DNA of 64,000 bases from an uncultured virus (IMG/VR IMGVR_UViG_3300037963_003836) (Duplodnaviria > Heunggongvirae > Uroviricota > Caudoviricetes): IMG/VR virus record IMGVR_UViG_3300037963_003836. The stretch is one strand, 5' to 3'. Of this stretch, positions 9,901 through 19,972 are shown one piece after another. The notes below the pieces were generated by a model. It saw only the letters and a list, made by a program, of their open reading frames with translations, was not told the DNA's origin and did no database searches. Position 1 is the first letter of the stretch, and the number at the start of each line of letters is the position of its first letter. Made by a program: the position numbers and the translations under genes.

Positions 9901-11401
9901 AGTCATCAAACCCACCAATCAACGCGTCTCTTCTACTTGTTGATGATGAAATGTTTGTTATTGCTTCAGAACCACTTACTCCTGTTAAAGTTTGGATTCT
10001 CGTGTTGTATCCTTCTACAAGTTGTAGTTTGTATTTAAAGTTTCTAACTCTTTCTTCTGCTGATGAAAAGTGAATAAAGTTTTTTAAGTCAGAATAATCT
10101 ATATTTAGTGTTACGTTTCCAAGTGAACCACTGAAAAACTTATCTACGATTTGTTGTCTTGTTGGTAGACCTGCGTCTAATAAAGAATCCCAAGATTCGA
10201 ACTCACCTGCTGCTCCTTTGTTGTCACCCAAATCAATGTTGAAGTTTGGATTTGAAAAGAAAGGAATCATATTAGGGTCTTCGAGTCCCTCGTATATGAT
10301 TATATTATCTATATACGGTTTTACTAATTGTAGTGAGATATCAAGTGTATCATTAACATTTATAGTTGATGGTAATTCTTGACTTAGTTTAACAATTACT
10401 TCATTTACAGTATTTAGATTAAGGTCAAATGCATTATATCGTACATCTAATGCGTTTATGTTTAATGACGAGTAAGTTGGTTGAATAAATGCGTCTCTCG
10501 TCGCTTGGTCTACATCAGATGGTAATTCTTCTGGCGATAAATACGTTTCATTTTTTCTTAACCAACTTAAAGATGTGTCTGCGTTTCTGACAAGTTTAAA
10601 TCTATCAAAAATACCTGTTAATCTATATTTTGTTATAGGGAAGAAAGTGTTACCACCTTGAACAGTGTCATCTAAGTCAACTTCTGCAAATGTAACAAAG
10701 TCTGTTGTATTGTCGTCACCAAATCCTGTTTCTAATGGTGTTTGTGTTACGGGGACAAATATTGTATTTCTATTAGAGTCATTAACACTCGTGTCACCAA
10801 CAGGAAATGGTAGTGACGCGGAAAAGAGTCCACCACGTTGTCCCATAAACTGTGCATTAACAATTGGATATAAATTGTTTGCTCCAAAGTTTAATTGTGC
10901 TGGTAAAAATGTATCATCACCTGAGAATGTGTTCCCCACAAGACCATTTGGTGTACTGTATAGTTGGTATAGGTTTGATAGACCGTTTATGTTTGAGGAT
11001 TGGATTTTTACTTCTTTTCTGTTTGGTGAAATCTCTGTTATTTTCAATCCTGATGCTGCTTGGTGTAAAAAGTTATACACCATTTTATATGTACCACTTT
11101 TGTAACCACCATCTCTTATGTCTTGACCTGGCCTTATGAAAAGAGTTTTATTACCAACGTCACCGACTGTGTTAAATGGTAAACCGGCTCTACCACCCAA
11201 GTACGCTCCTTGTGGTGTATAGTAATGAACTTCTAAGTTTGGTGTAGTAAATGATGGAATACCTGTGATGTCTTCGTCACTTAAAACAGGGTATGTTGCT
11301 CCCTCTGCTATTAGTGCAACATCTTCAGGTGAAAACACCTCTCCGAAGATAGGTTGTTTACCATTTACTTCATCTTCATTAAAAAATCTATCTAAAGGCA
11401 T
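6935..11401 (-). CDS. Large baseplate wedge protein (possibly gp7-like)
   Basis: 1488 aa; FVKMLGQHFD and KSKGTARS..LISSYG segments resemble wedge proteins; close to gp6-like gene. Confidence 0.55.
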   Translation of the reverse strand: MPLDRFFNEDEVNGKQPIFGEVFSPEDVALIAEGATYPVLSDEDITGIPSFTTPNLEVHYYTPQGAYLGGRAGLPFNTVGDVGNKTLFIRPGQDIRDGGYKSGTYKMVYNFLHQAASGLKITEISPNRKEVKIQSSNINGLSNLYQLYSTPNGLVGNTFSGDDTFLPAQLNFGANNLYPIVNAQFMGQRGGLFSASLPFPVGDTSVNDSNRNTIFVPVTQTPLETGFGDDNTTDFVTFAEVDLDDTVQGGNTFFPITKYRLTGIFDRFKLVRNADTSLSWLRKNETYLSPEELPSDVDQATRDAFIQPTYSSLNINALDVRYNAFDLNLNTVNEVIVKLSQELPSTINVNDTLDISLQLVKPYIDNIIIYEGLEDPNMIPFFSNPNFNIDLGDNKGAAGEFESWDSLLDAGLPTRQQIVDKFFSGSLGNVTLNIDYSDLKNFIHFSSAEERVRNFKYKLQLVEGYNTRIQTLTGVSGSEAITNISSSTSRRDALIGGFDDFEYWMYYNHESSLYTHFSSSQFVIDPYPKELKNPHTLYDLTSSNGTSWFNNTIETAKAYDALNDTKLTEMIPANLAFDEKNEEYVEFVKMLGQHFDIFYNYIKEITQINDREEHPKDGMAQDLIEVITNSFGWKLFNGYSDTSLWKYEFGVDQTGNPIQSGSLYSKPTKEIVHETWRRLLNNVPGIYKSKGTARSFKTLISSYGVPSAFLKIREYGGPRIKDTKEIYEHERYIYKLQLDGACRSENPWDKINGHRPKTIEIIAKLPQGNHTIMRHNISDTYDLKWEYNQVTGKARWVVNYVGGGALASTPYVPYKQERNVIVAISSGSGGYTLNSAWVDDWGFTLANPTASWDDSSIDSIWNPTSPTGRSASISIPFTNAGNTTSSIQEIRYYKKQLSNEVILGHAANTDAYYSDDNTTDLDIDTSYENLLYRIFPDSTYNNISGSISSRHPNQQFTSSVTGLILSASFDRFGQADASRLSGEVDTQFVSIPSVGALNLTNKKVRIESSSLRGPLQFDVSNEKSQYDEAPLDSNLLGTYFSTTDTVNFDIYASEGYFDAGDLVGDTDVRNNDGYDLLDFRARNYFQKYTGRTALQIQLDMLSRYDMSIFDSMKQLVPARADWHKGILVEPHIFERNNYLRPQGISFTQNQYESSGVTTLSIISGSYLTYTSSITKDVFKPSVYKYTDIQRLSSSGDYFTDTNPYWEYSPTGSTILDARLSRTALEPRYFYTNEISASKGPEFASSASFHFARVQDDRLTGNLNNLFYLGCKISSTSLTANSADTPDNSPVIEVTQVSDTDIVVSTTKEVELDSKGATKVINVMESEDLVSVKKHIDTVETISKSTSKAIDKAIEDDLFRNPPALPLLPKRRKRPIGKIPGDDTKVSFSFIPSVGIAQKNVTLNVNATSRAVENVARKQAARAYRNGGAPRISSTPPPTTNVSFGYGPPPPVNNNSTFGAAATTNGPLDDIFQQQRNRRSGGLFSNRGG

Positions 11402-11969
11402 TCTTTAAGTCCATATATTTTCCCGTATAAGTTTTTTCTCTCATACGTTTGTTAACTTTAGATGCTGTCATATAATCGTATCCTGTTACTTCATATAGAC
11501 CATCTATAATTTCTTTACATCTCATGTCTTTTGGCATATTTCTTTTTTCTAAAGTTCTACCATTGACCGTTTTGATACTGTAATTGTAATTCTTTATTCT
11601 TGTGAACTTACTTAACTTAGAAGGTCGTTGACACTTTTTTCTAAGACCAAGATGTTCTGTCCAAAGAGTTTCACAACTCCACTTTATATCTATAAACATT
11701 TTAGATTCAAATCCCATTATCATTGCTGTATCTAAAATATGTTTTAGTTTTGTATAATCTTTTACTTCGTTTCTTAACACAATATCCACATCCATTGTTG
11801 GGATATTTGCTCCATAAATATTCTCTGCGAATGAACCAACTAAATATACTCTATAGTCTGATAAGTCAACCTCTCGGTTGAATCTATTCCACCAACCCCT
11901 AAACGTGTCAAACCTTGGTTGTTCCCAAGGTGTGAAAGTTTTTATATTTCCGATTGTAAATTCAAACAT
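11388..11969 (-). CDS. Pol-beta superfamily nucleotidyltransferase-like protein
   Basis: YLVGSF...TMDVDIVL (GS-x-DxD) and a later IDI acidic strand. Confidence 0.6.
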   Translation of the reverse strand: MFEFTIGNIKTFTPWEQPRFDTFRGWWNRFNREVDLSDYRVYLVGSFAENIYGANIPTMDVDIVLRNEVKDYTKLKHILDTAMIMGFESKMFIDIKWSCETLWTEHLGLRKKCQRPSKLSKFTRIKNYNYSIKTVNGRTLEKRNMPKDMRCKEIIDGLYEVTGYDYMTASKVNKRMREKTYTGKYMDLKNAFR

Positions 11970-11982
11970 ATCATATACTCAT

Positions 11983-12513
11983 TTATAGATAATTCATAGT
12001 AAAGTTTCGGTCAGGGCCCGAGTCTGTGTTAAATCCATATGAATCGTATCCACCTACTCCAATTGGACTTCCGTCTTGGGTGTTACCACCTGTACCACCA
12101 CCACCTTGACTACCACCACCTGTAGAAACTACTCCACCTGTGGTTCCTGCTGAACCTGCTGCTGCTTGTCCTGTTGATGGGTTGGATGGTGTACTTGCAA
12201 CACCACTTGATTGGAATCCACTTGACGCTAAACTCCCACCACCTGTTGCTCCTGCGAGTGATGTTCTAACGTTTGCGTTTGTTCTGACACTAACACCTAC
12301 AAACTGTAATTCAGATATAACTGAATCAGTACCTTCTAATACTCTTCCTAATCTAAACCTTTCGGGAGTTGTTGCTCCACCATCTTGTGATGTAATATAC
12401 ACTTTAGAGTATGACGGAAGTGGTGTTCCTACAGGTACCTGTGCTGGTTGTGGAATCTCATAGGAGACAATCTGTCCCCTTACGTTTCTTTTTAAGTCTC
12501 TATCTACACTCAT
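11983..12513 (-). CDS. Hypothetical Gly/Ser-rich structural protein
   Basis: ORF track; in the structural operon; low-complexity C-terminus. Confidence 0.5.
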   Translation of the reverse strand: MSVDRDLKRNVRGQIVSYEIPQPAQVPVGTPLPSYSKVYITSQDGGATTPERFRLGRVLEGTDSVISELQFVGVSVRTNANVRTSLAGATGGGSLASSGFQSSGVASTPSNPSTGQAAAGSAGTTGGVVSTGGGSQGGGGTGGNTQDGSPIGVGGYDSYGFNTDSGPDRNFTMNYL

Positions 12514-14588
12514 TATCTAATTACCTTAAAGTAAAAGTTGTCATCGTAGTATCTTACATTACCACCTTGGTCAACTCTAAAACAAAATTTGTAAAATCTT
12601 TCAGGTTGTAATCCGTTGAACCAAAAGTTAAAGTAATTACCACTACTATCACAACTCAACTTTGTGTAGTTAGTATCAAATGGAACAATGACTTGTTCTG
12701 TTTCTGCGTCAACTACTGAGTAATATGATGTGGTTGGTAAATACTTTACAGTCTTCAATGGACTTGTAGAGAAACTTCTGTTAGGATATCTCTCTCTACC
12801 AAATACTCTTATTTTTCCTTTGGATGATTCTTTATATTCTGTTTGTAAATTTTTAACATAAAGAATTAAATCGTCACCACTTAGTGCGTCTAACGACCCT
12901 GTATCGAATGATGAGTCGTCCCACCTTGCTTCTAAGACAGGTGGATATATTGTATGTGTATCAGTTGAGAAGAACTTAATCTTACCAAAGTTGATTGTTG
13001 AATTCTCATCTGTTTTGGATTTCTTAATTATGAATCCGTTGTTTGTTCTTGTTCCATCAATCCATTCTGATACATAATCAGTTACTTCAACATTGATGTT
13101 ATCAGTATTTCTGTTAAAAGATTGATAGTAATGCTTCCCACTTCCAAATGAAGAAGTAAACCATGTACCACCACCTGATGTTTTACTAAAATGTGCGTCA
13201 TATTTGTTATCATTAAATCTTGCACTTGTTGTATCGTGGTCAAACGATTTTATTAAAATATTATCTAACGATGCACTTGCTTGTAAGTCACTACCACTTG
13301 CATAGTAAGACCATCTAAATAAATGTTGTCCTGATTCTCTTGCTTGGAATATAATTCTTTGAGTCATACTTGATGTTATGTATCTTGTATAACCTGTAAA
13401 GTCGTTTATGTCTACCAATCTACCCGTTGGTGTTTGTACTGTAAACTCAATACCTAATGGACTACCATCACCTCGTGTATCAGGGAAGTTTCCTGGCACT
13501 ATATCAAAACTAGCTGTATAGTTTGCGTTTTCTTGTAGAGTAAACTTTCTGTTTAGTGTTGCTCCACCAAACTTTGACGATGTCATAGTCAATGTATTGT
13601 TCAATACTTCTGCTGAACCTGTAATACCATCTAAGTTTTGAATCCCCTCATTTATTATATAAGTTGAAGGTAAGTCAGTTAAGTTTGATGCGAATTGGTC
13701 AAACACTAAAGTGTTAGGGTCGGTTGTTGTGTAAAGGAAAAAGTTATCTATGTTTCCTTCTGACCCGTCTGACCCGTCTTCGTCAAAATATGTAAACTGT
13801 AATTTGTGAACTCCTGGCATACTTGCTGTAAATGCCATTTTATATGTTGCTGTTGATACTAATGATTCTTGGAACCCAACGATGTCTGAGTTTAATCGAG
13901 ACCCACTTGGATTGATTACATTGAAATCAACTCCTGTTAAAGATTCTCTGTTAAAATCAAATTGAATATTGTATACTGACCCCGAGTCTAATGATGATGA
14001 TAGATTTGCTGTACCACCACTAAAATCTGATGCTGACATAATTAATCTACCACCCGATACAAATAGTAATGGGTCATCTCCGTTTGTACCTTTTATCTTA
14101 TCAACTAATTCAAAGTTACCAACACTTCCTGCGAAGTTGTAATATGCGTTTAACGAACTTAGTGTGTCTGCGTTTAATGCTTTTCCTTCTGTAGAGTTGT
14201 CTACGTCCCATTTAGAACCACTGATTCTAAATACCCAATTTGATGCGTGTTCACTCTTTGGTGAATCACTAAACTGACCAAGTCCTTCATTCCATGATTC
14301 TTTTAGTGGGTATACAAATAAATCAAAGTCGTCTTGTAATTCTGAACTTTCTATATTTTCTAATCTTAGTCTATATTGAGGTGACGTAATTGTTCCGTCT
14401 GCTACAGAGGATGATATTGGTGTCAAATCGAAACCAAGAAGTATTCTACTGTTTCCAACAAACGTTATGTTGTCGTCACCATAGAACTTACCTACTTCAA
14501 GAATTTGGTCTTTACCTGTATTCTGAAGTTTCAGGTTGTCCTTCTCGTAGATAGTGTTGTCTTTATTTGGGTATATTCTATATATCAT
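12513..14588 (-). CDS. Virion structural protein (DNRLRE-like beta-sandwich with internal repeats)
   Basis: DNTIYE..SRILLGFD, ESWNEG, NNGFIIK and FFSTDT..PVLE; two similar internal modules (FSGGTANL/FGGATLNR, GVHKLQF/GQHLFRW). Confidence 0.55.
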   Translation of the reverse strand: MIYRIYPNKDNTIYEKDNLKLQNTGKDQILEVGKFYGDDNITFVGNSRILLGFDLTPISSSVADGTITSPQYRLRLENIESSELQDDFDLFVYPLKESWNEGLGQFSDSPKSEHASNWVFRISGSKWDVDNSTEGKALNADTLSSLNAYYNFAGSVGNFELVDKIKGTNGDDPLLFVSGGRLIMSASDFSGGTANLSSSLDSGSVYNIQFDFNRESLTGVDFNVINPSGSRLNSDIVGFQESLVSTATYKMAFTASMPGVHKLQFTYFDEDGSDGSEGNIDNFFLYTTTDPNTLVFDQFASNLTDLPSTYIINEGIQNLDGITGSAEVLNNTLTMTSSKFGGATLNRKFTLQENANYTASFDIVPGNFPDTRGDGSPLGIEFTVQTPTGRLVDINDFTGYTRYITSSMTQRIIFQARESGQHLFRWSYYASGSDLQASASLDNILIKSFDHDTTSARFNDNKYDAHFSKTSGGGTWFTSSFGSGKHYYQSFNRNTDNINVEVTDYVSEWIDGTRTNNGFIIKKSKTDENSTINFGKIKFFSTDTHTIYPPVLEARWDDSSFDTGSLDALSGDDLILYVKNLQTEYKESSKGKIRVFGRERYPNRSFSTSPLKTVKYLPTTSYYSVVDAETEQVIVPFDTNYTKLSCDSSGNYFNFWFNGLQPERFYKFCFRVDQGGNVRYYDDNFYFKVIR

Positions 14589-14598
14589 TTTTCACCTC

Positions 14599-16512
14599 TT
14601 AAAATAATGGTACCACTCTACCTCTAATGTCTGTATCAGGATATTTAACCTCAAATATAGACGGGTCTTTAGGTGGATAGATTACACCATTTCTTGTTGC
14701 GTATTTCATGTCGTATCTTCTCGGTGAGTAGGTTCCACCATACTTGTTGGTGATTTGTAATCCACCAAGTCCATCTTTGTCAGGTCTTACAACACTCTGT
14801 ACACCATCTACATCATCTAACATGACATATACATCCGACAATAATATCGGTTGATTTATTTGTTGGTTGTCTACTTTAAAATAATCTCTTAATTTACTTA
14901 TACATTTTAAAAGTATTTCATTTGAGTTGTAATTTGGTTTTACTACTATCTCGAAATCGATTCCTATATTTACAATGTATGCGTTTTTAATATTAATCGC
15001 ATCTGTAAGTATTCTATAGAACGATAAATAATTCGCAAGATTTTGTTTTGTTGCGACATTTAGTTCTGTAATGTTTTTGTTTGAGTCATATCCTAATACA
15101 TAAAAGTTTATACCAAGTGGATTGGATATTGGATTAGGACCATCATCTAATGATGTCTCTATTTGAAAGTCAGGAGCGACAAATGCTTTTGCTACCGAAC
15201 CAAATTGTGGTGGCATCGCATAAGTTCTAACTACATAGTCTTCTCTTGTTACTGACCTGTTCTGTGCTCCGAAATATGCTTTTGCATTTTCTCTTACTTC
15301 ATCAACAGTTTCTTCGAACTTACCACCAACTGCGGCTGCTTCGTTTGACATTGCTATAGAGTTTCTTGCTTGATTGTACAATGATGTATCAAGTCCTAAC
15401 GTTGATGTTTCGATTTGAATGTTTCCAATTTGTGTTAAATCATTACTTGGAACATTATCTGATACACCTTGACTTACTCTATATGTAACTGTTAGTGTTT
15501 GGTTAGCAGGAGCTACTCCATATGTTTTAGAATACAGAAAGTTTGATGGGTCTAAACCTTGATTTAAGTTACCACTTGCATTATATAATGCGGACCCAAC
15601 ATTGTCAGGGTTAGGAAGTAGTTCTTCGTCTGCGTTTGCAGATATACCTGCTCCAAACTGAATATGTATTTCACCATCGTCTGATACTCTTGTGATGTAT
15701 CTCTTCGGTACTTTTTTTAATTTTAGTAACGAAGGTGTATCAGAACTATATGCTGAATACTCTAATGAGTACTCTTCAGTATTTGGAGTTTCTTCAAATA
15801 CGGTGTCTTGACCAAGGTAATCTACCTTTGTCCAATCCTCACCGTCATCATCAGATATTTTGATTACATCTATAAGACCGTCTTCGTCTTGTAATCTAAT
15901 TTTATCATATATCTTTGGGGTACCAAATGTAAAAGTCTGTGTCTTTTCTTTACCACTTGTTGCTTTTACATACTTCTTTAAAAGATATTTAATTGGTTCG
16001 TTGTTGTTGTCATCAATTTGATAAACAGAAACTTCAGTCGGGTCGAATGAAGATGAATAGTTAAATCTTACTTTTTGATTTGTACTAAACTCAACCTCAC
16101 CGTTAGATTCCGCGGTTACTGTCGCTCCTTCTTTAATTGTAAGAGCGTATCTCCAATCGGGTCTAACACTGTCACCACTTCCTATTGAAGGTACTATTTG
16201 ATATACACTTAAGGTTGTTGTAGCAGGTACATTTAGTTTTGGTTTGTAACCATATGCTTGTGAGATTGTAAATATATTTTTCTTTTCCTGAGCTTCTTCT
16301 AATAAAGATTCTCTTAACTGAACATCAGTATAGTAAGAAAGTACGTCACCAACATATGACGCAAGTTCCAATATCATCATACCTGGCGATGACTCGTTAA
16401 AATCGTTATATGTTTGTGGGAAGTAAGTTTTTGTGAAGTCAACAAGATTATTTCTTATTTCTCCAAAATCCCTTCCTAAAAGTTTTACTTCCTTTTTTAT
16501 TTTGTCTGCCAT
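14599..16512 (-). CDS. Baseplate wedge subunit, T4 gp6-like
   Basis: RDFGEIR, DFNESSPGMMILELASYVGDVLSYY, IQFGAG and AQNRSVTREDY. Confidence 0.88.
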   Translation of the reverse strand: MADKIKKEVKLLGRDFGEIRNNLVDFTKTYFPQTYNDFNESSPGMMILELASYVGDVLSYYTDVQLRESLLEEAQEKKNIFTISQAYGYKPKLNVPATTTLSVYQIVPSIGSGDSVRPDWRYALTIKEGATVTAESNGEVEFSTNQKVRFNYSSSFDPTEVSVYQIDDNNNEPIKYLLKKYVKATSGKEKTQTFTFGTPKIYDKIRLQDEDGLIDVIKISDDDGEDWTKVDYLGQDTVFEETPNTEEYSLEYSAYSSDTPSLLKLKKVPKRYITRVSDDGEIHIQFGAGISANADEELLPNPDNVGSALYNASGNLNQGLDPSNFLYSKTYGVAPANQTLTVTYRVSQGVSDNVPSNDLTQIGNIQIETSTLGLDTSLYNQARNSIAMSNEAAAVGGKFEETVDEVRENAKAYFGAQNRSVTREDYVVRTYAMPPQFGSVAKAFVAPDFQIETSLDDGPNPISNPLGINFYVLGYDSNKNITELNVATKQNLANYLSFYRILTDAINIKNAYIVNIGIDFEIVVKPNYNSNEILLKCISKLRDYFKVDNQQINQPILLSDVYVMLDDVDGVQSVVRPDKDGLGGLQITNKYGGTYSPRRYDMKYATRNGVIYPPKDPSIFEVKYPDTDIRGRVVPLF

Positions 16513-16521
16513 ATTCTAACC

Positions 16522-16959
16522 CTATGCGATTGAAAGACTACCCTGTTCATCTACGTTTACTATAATTATCTGATTTGCTCCACTTTCTCCTACAGAAAAC
16601 GAAAAAGAAATATTAATTCTATTTTCATTTGGTAAATCATCTACTATAATTTCTTTTATATTAATGTAAGGTAACCAAAATTCTATATCCTTCTGCAATC
16701 CCGCTTTTAGATTGTCAAGTAGGTTTTTTGTTATATTTTCAAACAAGAAAGATGGGACATCAGTTCCAAATAATGGTTGAAACGGTCTCTCACCTTTTCT
16801 TGTTAATAATAAGTTTTTTAAGTTAGATAGTGCCTGTTCTTCTGTCGTAAACGTGCTTGCGAATATAGGAGTCCCACCCAATGGTAATGGAATACCCACA
16901 CCTATGTTTTTCTGTAGGTCTAATGGGTGATACTTTTTCTCTTCACGTTTTCTTGACAT
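16522..16959 (-). CDS. Baseplate wedge subunit, T4 gp25-like
   Basis: NLLLTRKGERPFQPLFGT..LFE..WLPYI. Confidence 0.9.
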   Translation of the reverse strand: MSRKREEKKYHPLDLQKNIGVGIPLPLGGTPIFASTFTTEEQALSNLKNLLLTRKGERPFQPLFGTDVPSFLFENITKNLLDNLKAGLQKDIEFWLPYINIKEIIVDDLPNENRINISFSFSVGESGANQIIIVNVDEQGSLSIA

Positions 16960-17405
16960 TATACTCTACCCTTCTTCGTATCTATTGCTTTCATTAACTG
17001 AGAATAGTCTCTTGTTAATGCGTTACCAACACCTGAGTTCATCACTGCGTTTACATCAACTGCTCTACCATCAGAATCTTGTGTTGGTATCATTGATTGT
17101 TGTGTTGGTTGATTACTAAGACCCATCATCGACGCCATAGTTTGTCTATCCATACCTTGAGCATGTTGTGATGTCAAGGTTTGACCACCCATGGTATCCC
17201 AAGTGTCTACTGTTTCGTTTAACAAATCAGAAAACTTGTTACCCTTGAACTTGACCTTTGGTTTTTTACTTTGAGTTTTAGTTTGAGGCGTACTCATCTC
17301 TTTAATAACAGATTCTCTGATAGTTGTTTTTTGTTTTTCAACTTCCTTACGAACCTCTTCTTTTATTAAGAGTTTTAACGCTTTTACAAATTTATTAGTG
17401 TCCAT
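16959..17405 (-). CDS. Hypothetical protein
   Basis: ORF track; TATTTAT motif upstream. Confidence 0.6.
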   Translation of the reverse strand: MDTNKFVKALKLLIKEEVRKEVEKQKTTIRESVIKEMSTPQTKTQSKKPKVKFKGNKFSDLLNETVDTWDTMGGQTLTSQHAQGMDRQTMASMMGLSNQPTQQSMIPTQDSDGRAVDVNAVMNSGVGNALTRDYSQLMKAIDTKKGRV

Positions 17406-17449
17406 AATTGTATTTGTTTTTATATAAATATGATTTAATTAAATTATTA

Positions 17450-17929
17450 TTACGACCAAGGTGAAACTGTTGTACCAATTGTGTATGTTCCTGTTCTCAT
17501 ATACACGTCAACAGCATTTGAAAACTTAGTCGCAAATATTTGTCTTGATTGATATATGGGGGACACGGGGGTACCCCAAATAGTTAATAATGTTATCTTT
17601 AACGCTCCTAATCCTGCTGGTGGAGTTGCTGCTGTTGCTCCCGCCGCTATCATTCCCGCGGGAAATTGAGCAGTATACGCTGCTAACCAATCTGCAAACA
17701 TTAACATAAGTTTACCGTTTGGTGCACTTGGTATTGCACTCGTAGCAAGATTTGCTTTAAATGATTGGTCCATTGGTGGTTTACCATTGACTGCATATAT
17801 TATTGGATTAGAATAGGAAATAATTGCCTCACCTATTGTTTCTGCTGCGGATTCATATGTGGTTCCATCATCTACCGCATTAAAATAATTTAAGATATCG
17901 TTTTTTAAATTTGCTTTTATTAAAGGCAT
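17450..17929 (-). CDS. Hypothetical protein, probably baseplate-associated
   Basis: ORF track; directly downstream of the spike-like gene. Confidence 0.55.
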   Translation of the reverse strand: MPLIKANLKNDILNYFNAVDDGTTYESAAETIGEAIISYSNPIIYAVNGKPPMDQSFKANLATSAIPSAPNGKLMLMFADWLAAYTAQFPAGMIAAGATAATPPAGLGALKITLLTIWGTPVSPIYQSRQIFATKFSNAVDVYMRTGTYTIGTTVSPWS

Positions 17930-17938
17930 TGTAACTTC

Positions 17939-18901
17939 CTATTGACTAATCTTAGCTTTAAGTGCTGCCACTTTAGATACTGCAGGTGCTAATGGACCTG
18001 TAGGACCAACGGGTGTTGGATACTTTCCGTCTGCTATTATTTTTAGTATCTCTAATAAGTCATCTAAATACTCATTTAGTAATAACTTATATCCACTTGT
18101 ACTAATAGCAAGATTATCTTTAGACGATAGTATAATTGATTCGTCTCTTGCGTTCAAATGAATTCTACCCGAGTTCATGAAGATACCTTTATCACTATAT
18201 CCACTTGTCGCAGATATTGGTGGTAAAGAATTTGGTGTTGATAATTTTACAGTCTGTCCCGATGTTAAATAAATTGACGAATCATCTTTATCAACATCTT
18301 CAATAACAAATTTATTCCAACCACCTTCTTCTTGATGGTTTCTAATTATTGTTATTGGTTTAGTTGGGTCACCACTCCAACTTGGGTCTTTTGATGTACC
18401 TGCTCCTGACGGTGTGTGACCAAGTCTTATTGATTGACCATATCTACCTTCTATCAAAACGTCACCACTAAATGGTTGAAGTCCTGATAAGTCTTTTACT
18501 TCATCAAAACCTGCTTCAAATTCAAAATCTTTTTCGTTATTGGATTCAGGATTACCTGCTGCTGCTTCATCGTAACCACTTGACCCACCTTTACCTTTTG
18601 ATGCGGTTATTGACTTTGGTAGTACATTGTGGTTTATATTGTGTTGTAGTGAATTACTTGTAACATAAAAATATCGTCTTCCACCACCACTCGTTTTGCT
18701 ATCAGAACTTTTTCCTTTTACTAAGTAAACAAGTTCACCTACTACGGGAACTCTTTTGATATTTACGTCAAGTGGATATACGATTTCTGTAGTTAGTGAA
18801 GACCCTGTAGAGGTTTTTATCGCTACTTCTATTCCATGTAGGTTATCACCATCACTATCTACTAACTCTATCTTTGTTACAAGTCCATAAAGATTACTCA
18901 T
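17939..18901 (-). CDS. Baseplate hub/spike protein (gp5/VgrG-like OB fold)
   Basis: PVVGELVYL OB-fold signature, GDVLIEGRYGQSIRLG, beta-rich middle and C-terminal PTPVGPTGP. Confidence 0.65.
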   Translation of the reverse strand: MSNLYGLVTKIELVDSDGDNLHGIEVAIKTSTGSSLTTEIVYPLDVNIKRVPVVGELVYLVKGKSSDSKTSGGGRRYFYVTSNSLQHNINHNVLPKSITASKGKGGSSGYDEAAAGNPESNNEKDFEFEAGFDEVKDLSGLQPFSGDVLIEGRYGQSIRLGHTPSGAGTSKDPSWSGDPTKPITIIRNHQEEGGWNKFVIEDVDKDDSSIYLTSGQTVKLSTPNSLPPISATSGYSDKGIFMNSGRIHLNARDESIILSSKDNLAISTSGYKLLLNEYLDDLLEILKIIADGKYPTPVGPTGPLAPAVSKVAALKAKISQ

Positions 18902-19253
18902 CTTCGTCTCCTTTGACAGGTAGGTCCTTTTCTACCTCGTCTATGGCATCCATTAGTTGTCTTTTCTCTTCGTCACTTAATAATAGACCACCACCTTCGT
19001 TGTTGTTATCTTTCATTAATCTCTGTACGATTGCTGCTAACTTAATTAATGCGTCATCGTTCTTTACAGATATCTCAAGATATTCTTTTATTAAAGGAAC
19101 AACTACTGAAGCATCATTTAGGTTCTTGACCATTGGTTCAAGTTGTGCAATCAGTAGTTTTATTTGTCGGTCTTTCTTTTTTTGATTTGAATAAATGTCT
19201 GACATCAAATCTTGAAATGACCTTCCTTTAAAAATTTCGTCTTCTATGTTCAT
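18894..19253 (-). CDS. Hypothetical phage protein
   Basis: ORF track; helical, overlaps both neighbours. Confidence 0.6.
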   Translation of the reverse strand: MNIEDEIFKGRSFQDLMSDIYSNQKKKDRQIKLLIAQLEPMVKNLNDASVVVPLIKEYLEISVKNDDALIKLAAIVQRLMKDNNNEGGGLLLSDEEKRQLMDAIDEVEKDLPVKGDEDE

Positions 19254-19972
19254 TAGATAAACTCCTCTATTCTATGATTGAGTCTGAGGTTTCCTACGTT
19301 CAGATAATCAATGTATAGTTCCTTGTATACTAATTTTAGTTTTCCAATTACTTTTGTTATATATTGAGTTTGGACTCCTGTCCTCTCTCTAATAAGTATG
19401 TAAAGTGCCTTTTTGTTGTAAGAATACAGGTCTCTTCGTGTTCTAAATAATTCGTTTATTGAATCAGCAATCTTTTGGTCTCTTGGTTTATCAAACATCT
19501 TATATAGATTTGCGTCAATATATCTAACATAGAAGTCAAAGAAATCAGACATACTGTCTTTTAGGTTTTGTTCATATACTTCGTTTGTTATATTTCTTGA
19601 AGTGTCAATGTACTTTACCTCAGTCTTTTGTTTCATTCTTTGGTAGTTCTGATTATTCTCATTAAACAAGTAGTTTCTAGCTACAACTGTAAAGTATGAG
19701 AATGCTCTACCATTTGTTCCATTGAACTTATCTATCTTCTGATTTAGAAACGCGACTACATTTGCTTTCACGTCATCATATGGTACGTCAAAGTAGTAAG
19801 TCTTGTATGTGTGAATTACATTTTCAGATAGTTTATCAAATGGATAATGAATAAACCTGTTATAGATTTTATTCTTTAACTTGTCATCATCAGAATTATT
19901 ATACGCGTTTATTGCGATTTCTGTTATCTTTGTAAAATATCTTTTACTCCTCTTCCTTCGTTTCCTCGGCAT
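19253..19972 (-). CDS. Phage sigma-factor-like protein (gp55-like, late transcription)
   Basis: YFT..AI..YN, PFDKLSEN and KF....GRAFSYFT..ARNY sigma region-2-like motifs. Confidence 0.7.
   Translation of the reverse strand: MPRKRRKRSKRYFTKITEIAINAYNNSDDDKLKNKIYNRFIHYPFDKLSENVIHTYKTYYFDVPYDDVKANVVAFLNQKIDKFNGTNGRAFSYFTVVARNYLFNENNQNYQRMKQKTEVKYIDTSRNITNEVYEQNLKDSMSDFFDFYVRYIDANLYKMFDKPRDQKIADSINELFRTRRDLYSYNKKALYILIRERTGVQTQYITKVIGKLKLVYKELYIDYLNVGNLRLNHRIEEFI

Noticed and set aside
14599..18901. Baseplate genes as a bacterial T6SS or eCIS locus
   Set aside because: They are embedded among phage replication, sigma-factor and accessory genes, with no bacterial housekeeping context.
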